Origin: Candidatus Saccharimonadota bacterium
Lineage (GTDB): Bacteria > Patescibacteriota > Saccharimonadia > Saccharimonadales > VXPC01
DNA: 64,000 nt
Assembly: GCA_009839685.1 (NCBI GenBank)
Contig: VXPC01000014.1
Span: forward strand, 6,928 to 70,927
Direction: 5' to 3'
Shown here: positions 8,645 through 17,393 of the stretch, piece by piece
Layout: each line of letters starts with the position of its first letter
Position numbering within the stretch: position 1 is the first letter of the stretch
Made by a program: the position numbers and the translations under genes
Notes under the pieces: generated by a model
Told to the model about the DNA's origin: nothing
Database searches by the model: none
Seen by the model: the letters and a program-made list of their open reading frames with translations, nothing else

Positions 8645-10210
8645 TCAGAATTTCTTACTGCCGCGACGGCCGGAAAACAATACGGAGACGATGCCGACCA
8701 CTAAGACGGTCGCGGCGACCAATCCGACAGTAACCAGCCAAGACAGGTCGGTATCCGAAACGTCAATGTCGGCCGCCTCTCTGATGCCGGAGTCGACCAA
8801 GATGGGCTTGTCAGGCTCGGAAGCCTTGATGACGGCCGTTTGGGGAGCCAGTTGTTCGTTAGCATCCATCGCTACTGTGTCGGTTGTCGTCTGTTGCGGT
8901 TCGGGCTGCGGCCGGGGTTGAGGCTGGGGTTCGGCCGCGGGCGGCACTACCTGCCTCGTGTCGGCTCGCTGCCCGGTTTCGACTGCCGGCTGTTCAGCGG
9001 GTGTTTCTTCGGCTTCCTCCTGCTGGTTTTGATTGTTCGACGGCCGGGTGTTGGTCGTGGTCACCAGCGGCGGCGGCCGCAGCTCTATATCCTTGGCGTT
9101 GATCTTGAATACGCGCCCGTTATGTTTGCCCGATTTATCTAGGACCGAGACGCAGTACCAGTGGTCGTTCTTGATGTTATCGATGACGGCCGAGGTGCCG
9201 GTGGGTTCGGACAGGCGGTCGACGTAAAGGCAGGCGTAGCGGTTCCAGCGGTTGGTGGTGGCCAGGTACTGCCAGGAGCCGTTGTCGACATCCAAAGACG
9301 GCGATGAGGCCCGCAGGGTCCGCCCGTCAAGCTCCAGCCTGATAGCCGGACCGGTCAGATCCAGGCGCATCAGCTTGTAAGTCGTATTGCCTTGAGGGTC
9401 GGAAACGCGGTGGCAGAGGTGGATGTTGTCGGTGAAGTCTTCGTTAATCAGGTTATCGATGACGGGAATCAGGGTTGTATCAGTTTCTTCGGCCGGGTAA
9501 ATAGCCGACTGAAGGTCTTCGAAGAACTCGCTGATGTATTCGGCATACGTTTCGGGTTCGTAGTAAGCCAGATAGTTGGTGTTGCCATGGCTGTAGTTGG
9601 CGACGCGGTCGATCTTGTCGACGACCGGTTTGAAAACCAGTTCCCCGTTTTGGGCGTCGCAGCCGTAACCGGCGCTCTGCTTAGAGACGTAGAAGACGGC
9701 GGCCTGCCAGCTCTTAGGGTTGACGGTGCCGCTAGGCCCGTACCAGCCCTTGTAAACGTCTTTGGCTGACAGCAGGTTAGTTTTTTCCAAAGTAATGATC
9801 GGCGGGTTGTAATCGATCAACCGCGGCAGGTACAAACCGCCCACTTTCAGGCAGTAATACTTATTGTTGTCGGATTTTTGGATTTTCAGGCTGGCCCGGG
9901 CGGTTTTGTTGCCCGTTTTCTCAGCCGTTAGCGGGCGCACCAGGTCCGCGTCTATTTCATCGAACTTACTGCTGGTACCGCACTTGTCGGTGTTGTTGAG
10001 CGGACCGGCGTATTGCCAGTTCTTGGTGTTGATATTGCCGCTGGATTCAATCAACAAGGTCAACTGGGTCTGGCTCTGTTTGAAGGAATATTTCCAGCTC
10101 TGAGCGTTGGCCGTTTGGCCCGTCAGCAGCGAGGCCGCAACCAGGCTTAAGGCAATAATCCCGGCTGCAATCAGGGCTGCCGGCCAGCCGACCGGCGAAA
10201 CTCGCTTCAT
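8645..10210 (-). CDS. Secreted, C-terminally anchored surface protein with three Cys-paired beta-rich repeats
   Basis: Signal peptide (ANA-Q); repeats WQY..C....YYC/LC/WYC..D..G; Pro/Gln/Thr stalk; C-terminal TM and RRGSKK tail. Confidence 0.8.
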   Translation of the reverse strand: MKRVSPVGWPAALIAAGIIALSLVAASLLTGQTANAQSWKYSFKQSQTQLTLLIESSGNINTKNWQYAGPLNNTDKCGTSSKFDEIDADLVRPLTAEKTGNKTARASLKIQKSDNNKYYCLKVGGLYLPRLIDYNPPIITLEKTNLLSAKDVYKGWYGPSGTVNPKSWQAAVFYVSKQSAGYGCDAQNGELVFKPVVDKIDRVANYSHGNTNYLAYYEPETYAEYISEFFEDLQSAIYPAEETDTTLIPVIDNLINEDFTDNIHLCHRVSDPQGNTTYKLMRLDLTGPAIRLELDGRTLRASSPSLDVDNGSWQYLATTNRWNRYACLYVDRLSEPTGTSAVIDNIKNDHWYCVSVLDKSGKHNGRVFKINAKDIELRPPPLVTTTNTRPSNNQNQQEEAEETPAEQPAVETGQRADTRQVVPPAAEPQPQPRPQPEPQQTTTDTVAMDANEQLAPQTAVIKASEPDKPILVDSGIREAADIDVSDTDLSWLVTVGLVAATVLVVGIVSVLFSGRRGSKKF

Positions 10211-10330
10211 TTTCTAAGTTTTATCTTCAGGTGTCCATCGTCATAATAGCACAAGCGGACGATTTTGGCACTCCGCCCTCCCCAACCTGGCTGTCGGGGT
10301 ATAATTGACGCGAGCGGGCATATTCTTAGC

Positions 10331-11644
10331 ATGAGTTCAGAAAAGCAACCCTCTAGCCAACCGCCGGAAGACAGTGAGCGGCGGACTCGGGTCAGGTACG
10401 TGGAATTAAACGGCGTCAGGTATCGCAGCCGGGAGAGCAGCCGGGTCGATGCCCGCGGGAATCTGCTGGAGAGAGTCAACGAGCTTTACACGACTGACGG
10501 CTCGAACAAAGTTTTTCTGCAACGGGAAGCCTTCGACCCGGAACTCGGCCTACTGACGGAAGTAACCCGCGTGGATTACACCGACGGCAAGCCGGCCGAA
10601 GACAAGGAGGAGTACAGGTACCGCGAGCGCTCGGCCGGCCTGGCGTTCTTCCGGTATGTCAGGCGTCTGGCCGGGGTCAAGACGGTCGAGCAGACTGAGA
10701 AATACGGATCCGGAAGCCGGCGGCCGGAGGAGTTGGAGCGATTGGAGTACGATCAGGACGGCGAGCTGGCCCTGCGCCGGCTGGAGGAACTGGATCCCGA
10801 AAGCGGGCGCCTGCTGAAGGCCGCCACGGAATTTTATGAAAACGGTTCGAAAGTGTTGGAAGTAGTTGAGGTTTTCAGCCCCGGCAACGGCCGGCTGATC
10901 AAACGCCTGAGCACCAGATATGAAGCCGAGTGCGAAGTCTCACATGAAGTTGAAGACTTGACGGACGTGGAAGATGCCGCCCCTCCGCCGTCCGGCCGTC
11001 CGTCCGAGCCCATCCTTGCCCAGGTCACGCCGATGTCGATTCCCAAAGCCGAAACGGCGGCCGAAAAGCCAACTGCTCCGGACCCGGCCGTCTCCCCTGC
11101 CGCTCTGCTGGCCGGGTTCATCTATGCTAAGAGCATTGAGGACAATCGCCCGCCACCTACGCCGCCCGCTTATTTTGAAGCGGCTGCCCGGGACAAGCCG
11201 GCTGCGCGGGAGGCAGCCGATACGCCAACTTCGTCACCAGCCCCTGCTCCGGAGCGGCCGGCGGCAGTGGAGATGCCCGCCAACAAGGTTGAGACTCCGC
11301 TTGAGAAGTCTTCTCAGACTCCGAAGACAGCAGCCGAAATTAGCCGAGCTCGCGGACCGGAAATAGACGCTGCTGCCGGTGACCCGGAAAAGCGAGATTT
11401 AGATGCTAAGAGCTGGCGGGACGTGCCGGATTCGGAAGCGGCGCGACTATCGGAACAAGAACGGATGTCAGAGCTGCCGCCCGAGCCACAACCGGGCGAA
11501 CGCCGACCCGGTCAAGCAGCCGAGCCGGCATCACCGCCAGCTAAGACCCAACCCAAGCAGCAACACACGGCCAGGGTCGCTTTGATTGCCGCAGTTGTTA
11601 TCACCATGCTGGCAGCCACTTATTACATCTTCAGCAGTATCTGA
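10331..11644 (+). CDS. Hypothetical protein: YD-like beta-hairpin repeats, Pro/Ala-rich linker, C-terminal TM
   Basis: Repeats such as EAFDPELGLL, EYDQDGEL, EELDPESGRLL, EVFSPGNGRLI; single TM at the extreme C-terminus. Confidence 0.75.
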   Translation: MSSEKQPSSQPPEDSERRTRVRYVELNGVRYRSRESSRVDARGNLLERVNELYTTDGSNKVFLQREAFDPELGLLTEVTRVDYTDGKPAEDKEEYRYRERSAGLAFFRYVRRLAGVKTVEQTEKYGSGSRRPEELERLEYDQDGELALRRLEELDPESGRLLKAATEFYENGSKVLEVVEVFSPGNGRLIKRLSTRYEAECEVSHEVEDLTDVEDAAPPPSGRPSEPILAQVTPMSIPKAETAAEKPTAPDPAVSPAALLAGFIYAKSIEDNRPPPTPPAYFEAAARDKPAAREAADTPTSSPAPAPERPAAVEMPANKVETPLEKSSQTPKTAAEISRARGPEIDAAAGDPEKRDLDAKSWRDVPDSEAARLSEQERMSELPPEPQPGERRPGQAAEPASPPAKTQPKQQHTARVALIAAVVITMLAATYYIFSSI

Positions 11645-11685
11645 GGCTTGGCCCGCTCGTGGAAGCCGTTATCCGTCAGGGCTCC

Positions 11686-13632
11686 CTAGCGTTTTTTATG
11701 GCCGTCAGCTTTTCCGGTGTCGTTGCCCTTACCTTCTCCGTCGCTTGGTTTCGGTTTGTCAACTTGCCGGCGCAAATTGAAGAACAAGGCGCCGCCGATT
11801 AACGCGCCGCTCAGAACCAGAGCTGCTATGAGCCACTCCCAGGGGGTATTTGACGCCGCCCGGCGGCTTGGGTTCTGAGCGGACGGGCTGCCATCGGGCT
11901 GTTCTTCCGCGCTGCCCCCGGCCTCTTCCGCCTCTTCCGCTGCGACCTCTTCTTCGTCCTCATTCTCGTCTTCCGCTTCATCGGTATCCGCCGGCCGGTT
12001 TGCAACGGCGGTCTGGCCGGCCGTGTCTTCTTCGTCATCCAGCTCGTGGTCGTAGAAGACGAGCTGGTGGATAAAGCTGTCCTCTATCTCCTCCTGCTCT
12101 TCCTGCACCTCGGCAACCAGTTCCTCGGTTTCTTCTATCAAGGCCTGCAATTCCCCGTTATCAGCCGGGGCTGGCGGAGCGGCCGGCACGGGCGCCGGCA
12201 CGTAGGCGATGAAAGCCGCCGGTCTGAGGTGCTGGCAGTCGTCTACGAAAGTTTTTCTAGAGGCCAGGCAGTCGTCGTAAGCGGCGTACCGGGATTTGTC
12301 CGGATAGTAGGCCAAACAATCGCCCGTCGTCCGGTTGACGTCGTTCAAGCAGGCCAGATACTCGTTGGCCTGGTTGACAAGCTGAGTGTTGTAGGTTTCC
12401 TGCTCCACTATCTTGGCCCGCGTGCCGATAACCCAATCGTGGAAGATGTCGACCAGCACTTGGCGGTCGTTGAAGTACTTGGCGTAGTGATCCTCCAAGT
12501 CGGGGGTCGAGTCGGTGAACTGGGTGCCGATGAAAGCGTAAAGCTCGGTGTACCTGATGTAGCGGCCGGTTCTGTCCGGCAAGCTGTTGATTTGATCGGC
12601 GTAGGCGTCAAGGATGATGGACGTCTGGCGCGGATTGCGGGCGACGACGATGTCTATCTGCTCATCGATGCCCTTGTTGGCGTTTGTCAGGTAGTATTCG
12701 CGGTAATAGATGACGTGCAGCAATTCATGGGCCAGAGTCGTCTCGATCGAATTGTCACGGAGCAGCTTGATCGGCCCGCTGTGGTCCCAGCAGCCGTGGA
12801 TGTAGGTGTCGGCGAAGGTCTCGCCGCCGCAAGTGAAGTCCGGATGGTTGGGGTCGTCTAGGATCAAGGGGTTGTTATTGTAGAGAATCCGCTTGGCTCT
12901 GTCAGTCAGCCCGATCCGGTTGGCCAGCCGCTTGATTTCCGGTGAAATTTCCGGGTAGAGGTCGTCGATACTCCCTGACAGCCGGCGCTCCTCGGCGGCT
13001 TGGAGCTGCCGCTGGCACTCGGCGGCGTTATCCAGATCGGCCGTGTCATGCCAAGCCGTTATCTTCCCGGTTTCGGTAGCGTGGTAATCTGGATGACTGC
13101 TCTCGTAGGGCGCTATATTGGCCCGCAATCTGTCGGCTTCGGCATCAATCAGTCCCTCGATCCGCTCGCATTCCGCCTCGACCTCGGCTTCCGTCATCTC
13201 GTCGTGGTAGCCGTAAACGATTTGGCCAGGAGTTTGAGCCGGCGGCTGACGGCTTGCCGCCGCTTCTTTCTGCTGCTGGCACTCGGTGTCGGCGGCCGTT
13301 TCGGCTGCCTCTTGCCAAGCCGTTATCTTCCCGGCTTCGGTTGCGTAATAATCGGGGTGGCTGTTCTCATAAGGCCTGATGATGTCCGTCAGCCTGTCGG
13401 CCTCGGTATCAATCAGACTGTCTATGCGGCCGCATTCGGCAGCGACCTCCGCCTCTGTCATCTGTTCGTGATAGCCGTAGGTGACCTCGGCGGGGGTTGG
13501 AGCCGGCAGATCCGTCGTTTGGGCGCTGGCCAATCTGGGCCAGCCCATCGCGCCGGCCGCGGCAATCAGGGCGATTGCGTACGGCAACAGAAACAGTAAT
13601 CTTCCGGGGCGTCCCCAGCGTTCGGCGGTCAT
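11686..13632 (-). CDS. Secreted, membrane-anchored zinc metallopeptidase-like protein with duplicated N-terminal module
   Basis: Signal peptide; two 88-aa repeats; LAHELLH (HEXXH) with downstream TELYA; acidic stalk; C-terminal TM plus RR. Confidence 0.8.
   Translation of the reverse strand: MTAERWGRPGRLLFLLPYAIALIAAAGAMGWPRLASAQTTDLPAPTPAEVTYGYHEQMTEAEVAAECGRIDSLIDTEADRLTDIIRPYENSHPDYYATEAGKITAWQEAAETAADTECQQQKEAAASRQPPAQTPGQIVYGYHDEMTEAEVEAECERIEGLIDAEADRLRANIAPYESSHPDYHATETGKITAWHDTADLDNAAECQRQLQAAEERRLSGSIDDLYPEISPEIKRLANRIGLTDRAKRILYNNNPLILDDPNHPDFTCGGETFADTYIHGCWDHSGPIKLLRDNSIETTLAHELLHVIYYREYYLTNANKGIDEQIDIVVARNPRQTSIILDAYADQINSLPDRTGRYIRYTELYAFIGTQFTDSTPDLEDHYAKYFNDRQVLVDIFHDWVIGTRAKIVEQETYNTQLVNQANEYLACLNDVNRTTGDCLAYYPDKSRYAAYDDCLASRKTFVDDCQHLRPAAFIAYVPAPVPAAPPAPADNGELQALIEETEELVAEVQEEQEEIEDSFIHQLVFYDHELDDEEDTAGQTAVANRPADTDEAEDENEDEEEVAAEEAEEAGGSAEEQPDGSPSAQNPSRRAASNTPWEWLIAALVLSGALIGGALFFNLRRQVDKPKPSDGEGKGNDTGKADGHKKR
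12997..13479 (-). repeat. Intragenic tandem duplication, 264-bp period
   Basis: CCAAGCCGTTATCTTCCCGG at 13051 and 13315; YGYH..MTEAEV.AEC.RI..LID.EADRL...I.PYE.SHPDY.ATE.GKITAW occurs twice. Confidence 0.92.
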
Positions 13633-13873
13633 TGCATGGAGTTTTTAATAAAGCTTTCTACAAGGCAAGTATAAGTTTGCGGTCAAGCAAGTGTCAATCT
13701 CATGACTATTTGACAACCTTTTATCCTTGACGGAACCCCTCGGGTGCCATGACGGCCTATCCCTGCCTTTCTCCGGGCGGCCGATCGGTCTTGTGTTGCC
13801 TTGCAAACCGCTCATGCTGGCTAATTTAAAATTTAATGTTATAATAAGCGACTGAACCGTGAAAGGAACCTCA

Positions 13874-14293
13874 ATGAGAAGCCACGAATTAATTTCTACG
13901 CCGGAATCGTTCGGAAAGCCCAAGTTCAGCCGTAATAATAAGTTTCTAAGCCGGTCGGAGGCCATGCTGGTCGCCATCGGCGTCAGCGAATCCCCTTTGC
14001 GTCCGGAAGTCTTGGAGTTTGTCATTTACAACTGCAAAGCCGATATGCGCGCATGCGGCGATCTGGACCTGTTCATCAACTTCGATTGCCAGAATTGGTG
14101 CTCCAGGCTGCACGAATCCCTGAACCAGCTGAACGAGCAAGAAAAGATTGAATGCTCGCCTCTCGGTTACGTTTTGAGCCCTGAAGCTGCGGCCGAGCTG
14201 CAGGACATCCGGTTGCCGGACGGCGGCGCCGAGCAGTTGCGGGAGCTGATTGCCGAAGCCGAAGCCGTCTTTTCCTTGCCGGAAACCAACTAG
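13874..14293 (+). CDS. Hypothetical protein
   Basis: TGnTATAAT upstream and AAAGGA SD-like site; ORF fills the gap between genes. Confidence 0.65.
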   Translation: MRSHELISTPESFGKPKFSRNNKFLSRSEAMLVAIGVSESPLRPEVLEFVIYNCKADMRACGDLDLFINFDCQNWCSRLHESLNQLNEQEKIECSPLGYVLSPEAAAELQDIRLPDGGAEQLRELIAEAEAVFSLPETN

Positions 14294-14335
14294 CCGGGCG
14301 GGCCGCCGCTCCTCATCGCCGCCGCCCTTCTTTCC

Positions 14336-15181
14336 TCAGGCGAAAGACGTGAAGGCGTTCTCGACGAACATCCATAACATCACCCAGCCGTTATACAGGC
14401 CGTGGAAGATAAAAGCCGTCCAGATGTTGTCGGTCGCCTCAAACGTCTTGGTGACGAAGTAGGAAAAGACCAGGGTGCTGCCGATGCCGTAAAGGTTGTA
14501 GCTCAGCGGCTCGCCGGGCACGAAGTGGAGCGCGCTGAAAACCAGGCCCGATACCAAGAAGGCCGGCCAGAAGCTGAAAGCCAGCCTGAGCCGCTTGTGC
14601 AAAAATCCCCTGAAGAGGATTTCCTCGAAGAGGGGCCCGACGATGACGATAAATGAAAAGAAAACTAGCTGGCCCAGCCAGCCCACCTCAATCGATTCGG
14701 GTTCGCTGCCTTCCGCCACCAATTCCCCCAAGGCCGTGAAACTGAACAGCAGGTTTATACCTGCCAGGACGAGGAAGTAGAAAACGATGTGCTTGTACAT
14801 CACCGACTTCTGCTCAGCCGTAATCCGCCTGAAAGGCAGCCTCAGCCGCCGGTTATGGAAGAGTTTGAAAAAGCCGTAGATCAGCAGCAGGCACAGCCCG
14901 CAGGCGAGAATGCGGAGCAAGATGGCCTGTACCGTCCAGATGCCCTCCGCCGGCAAACCTTCCAGCGGCCCGGCAAGGTCCAGAAAGGTGTCGCCGTACT
15001 TTTCCGGCAGCCAGTAGGCGATGTCTATCAGCATGAAATACAGGCCGATAACCAAGGCGACTATGCCTAGGGAGGAAAGCAGCAGCCTGGCTTTGGATTC
15101 CGGGGCTTGGATGCCGGCAATTGCCGGTAGCCGTTGCTTCAATCCCCCGCCCTGCTCTTCTTGCGGCTCAATTTCGTTCAT
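14336..15181 (-). CDS. CPBP family (CAAX/Abi) intramembrane metalloprotease
   Basis: GPLFEEILFRG, FSALH and FHGLYN motifs; multiple TMs. Confidence 0.92.
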   Translation of the reverse strand: MNEIEPQEEQGGGLKQRLPAIAGIQAPESKARLLLSSLGIVALVIGLYFMLIDIAYWLPEKYGDTFLDLAGPLEGLPAEGIWTVQAILLRILACGLCLLLIYGFFKLFHNRRLRLPFRRITAEQKSVMYKHIVFYFLVLAGINLLFSFTALGELVAEGSEPESIEVGWLGQLVFFSFIVIVGPLFEEILFRGFLHKRLRLAFSFWPAFLVSGLVFSALHFVPGEPLSYNLYGIGSTLVFSYFVTKTFEATDNIWTAFIFHGLYNGWVMLWMFVENAFTSFA

Positions 15182-15205
15182 CGTCTGCCGGCAGGCCGCC
15201 CGGGT

Positions 15206-15964
15206 CTAGCCGGGTTTTTTCTTGGTGAGCGTTATTGTCGCGAACCTATTCTCGGCCGCGGCATCTGTGAACGAATCGTCTGCCGGCGAGCCGATGACTC
15301 CGGCCGGGTCGGTCTCCAGATCGTCGGCAGTGAACGTCGCGCCCGAATCCGTGCCGGAATCGTACGGCCTGACCGCCAGACTCACTTCTTCCAGCCATTG
15401 TCCGTCCCTGAACAATTCCACGTTGCTGACCGCGACGAACCAATCCGGGCTGGGAGCCAGCATTGAGACGGCGCTCAGTAGCGGGTGGTCTTGGTCCAGT
15501 TCTATTTCCAACTCAATCGAGCCGGGCACGTTGATCAGCGAACCGACGGTTGAGTCCAAGATCGACGGGTTGGCGCCGACCTCATCGGCCAACACCGCCG
15601 TCGCGCCCGTCTCCGCCATTATTTCTATGCCTTCCGTGGCGGCGGTACCGGCGGCAAACAGATCGCCCTCATTCGCGTGCGCAACGACAAATATAGGCGA
15701 GACGTGCGCCCCTTCCGGCAAAGTTTCGGGGTGCGTCTCGGCGCTCCAGGTGGCGTCGTATTTAATCATGTAGGTTGCCGTCTGCTCCGTTTCGCCAATC
15801 CCGGCCGCAGCAGATTCCCCGGTGTTCGCCGGTGTTTCGCTGCCGGCTGTCTCGGGCGTTTCTTCGGTCGAACCCACTCCTATGACGACAGCTACAACGA
15901 CGGCCGCGACGGCCAGAACCAACAGGATCTCGATGATAATGGCCTTCTTGCGGTTCTTTTTCAT
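15206..15964 (-). CDS. Membrane-anchored Spondin_N domain protein
   Basis: N-terminal anchor; ATWSAETHP, ATEGIEIMAETG, SMLAPSPDWFV, PYDSGTDSGATF. Confidence 0.88.
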   Translation of the reverse strand: MKKNRKKAIIIEILLVLAVAAVVVAVVIGVGSTEETPETAGSETPANTGESAAAGIGETEQTATYMIKYDATWSAETHPETLPEGAHVSPIFVVAHANEGDLFAAGTAATEGIEIMAETGATAVLADEVGANPSILDSTVGSLINVPGSIELEIELDQDHPLLSAVSMLAPSPDWFVAVSNVELFRDGQWLEEVSLAVRPYDSGTDSGATFTADDLETDPAGVIGSPADDSFTDAAAENRFATITLTKKKPG

Positions 15965-16102
15965 AATGCAAACCTTCTCAGTATGAGATTATCACAACGC
16001 CGGCCGGTCGCGCCAACCGCCCCTTGAAAGAGTGTAATTGACAACGTCGCCTGCCTGCCGATGATTGCCGATATGACAACATCGTGATAGGATACCGGTA
16101 AT

Positions 16103-17200
16103 ATGAGCGACAGCAATGATGACAAGAGTGCGCTCCCGATGCCGGTTGTCTTGGCCGCTGTCGCGATTGTCGTCTTGATAGTTGTGGCAATCTTCGCATT
16201 CGGTGGTGACGGTTCGGAAATGACTGACGAAACAACCGATGAAACCGCTGAGCAGGCCGATACGGAAGAGGCTGGCGAAAACGGTTCAGACGGCCAGACG
16301 CAGGAAGGCGGAGAAGCGGCTCCGGATTCGGGCGAGGCGGCAACGCCGCCGGAAGATGACGACACCGTTTCGAACGATGCTGACATTGCCGAGTCGGACG
16401 AACCAGATCCGCTGCCGGCCAACTGGGCAGCGCTCAGCTCTTCTGAGAAAACCGACCTGAACCCGTACGGCTGTTGGCAAGGCACCGTCATTCGCGCCGA
16501 CAACGGTCAGTGCAGTGTCGGCGGCGGCTCTAGCGCCGGGTATTTCCTGATGTACGCGACGCAAGGCAGTCATGCCCAAGCCTCTCTGCCGTTCGCCCAA
16601 AGGCCTCTGGAGGTCTTTGTCGCGGTGCCCACGAATTCAACTGCTGAGCAAGTGGCCGAAGTGCTTGCAAGCTACAAAGCTTCGGTTGCCGAACCTGATG
16701 TCTTTTACACTTTTCGCATTTATAACTACGCTGACGTCTTTTACGGCATTGATGAGGAGAGAAATCCAGGGGTGGTGACCCCGAGCTGGGTGGCTGTCAG
16801 CGAACCTCGCGAGACCCACGAATTCGTCCTGAACAACATACGCTACAAAGCTTTGACTTTCTTTATCCACCGAGAGACCAATCGGGATGGCACGGAGTTG
16901 CCCGAGGATTGTATTGCCGTGGATATTTCGTTCGCCATCCTTTCGGATGTTACCGCGCAAGAAGTAGTCAACTACTATATCAACCAAGGCCCTGCTCTTA
17001 GGGCTACCATTGACAAATATACGATTATTGATGACGCGGCTCAGGACGAAGCAACCCCGAGGTATAACTACGACGTTCTCATCAGTCTTTACAAGGGCGA
17101 CGATCCTGCCGCCAATCTTAACGATTACAGCGAAGCGGATCTCTTCGAAGGCCTGCCGCAGGTTGCCCTCAACGGCTGCGCGAATCCCGGCCTCTTTTAA
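16103..17200 (+). CDS. N-anchored surface hypothetical protein, paralog of 17394..18416
   Basis: N-terminal TM, acidic linker, motif LPANWAALSSSEKTDLNPYGC...DNGQCS. Confidence 0.8.
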   Translation: MSDSNDDKSALPMPVVLAAVAIVVLIVVAIFAFGGDGSEMTDETTDETAEQADTEEAGENGSDGQTQEGGEAAPDSGEAATPPEDDDTVSNDADIAESDEPDPLPANWAALSSSEKTDLNPYGCWQGTVIRADNGQCSVGGGSSAGYFLMYATQGSHAQASLPFAQRPLEVFVAVPTNSTAEQVAEVLASYKASVAEPDVFYTFRIYNYADVFYGIDEERNPGVVTPSWVAVSEPRETHEFVLNNIRYKALTFFIHRETNRDGTELPEDCIAVDISFAILSDVTAQEVVNYYINQGPALRATIDKYTIIDDAAQDEATPRYNYDVLISLYKGDDPAANLNDYSEADLFEGLPQVALNGCANPGLF

Positions 17201-17393
17201 AATCTGATCTTCAGCGTGTCAGTGGGCAATTGCTACGCTTGTCAGGGCGCGGACGACATTGCCGTTATGAAGCGGCGACGTCCTCAATTCCGAGCCGCTG
17301 CCGGATATCATTAAGCCGTTGGCCGGGGCATGCGCCCTCCCCTTCCGTCGCGATCGCCTTCCTGACAAGGCTTATGATCGCTGACGGGCAAGA

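Noticed and set aside
13700-13790. Vague glycine-riboswitch-like words (GGAGA...CCGAGG...TCAAGG) on the minus strand
   Set aside because: Consensus and spacing do not match, and the nearest promoter lies downstream of it.
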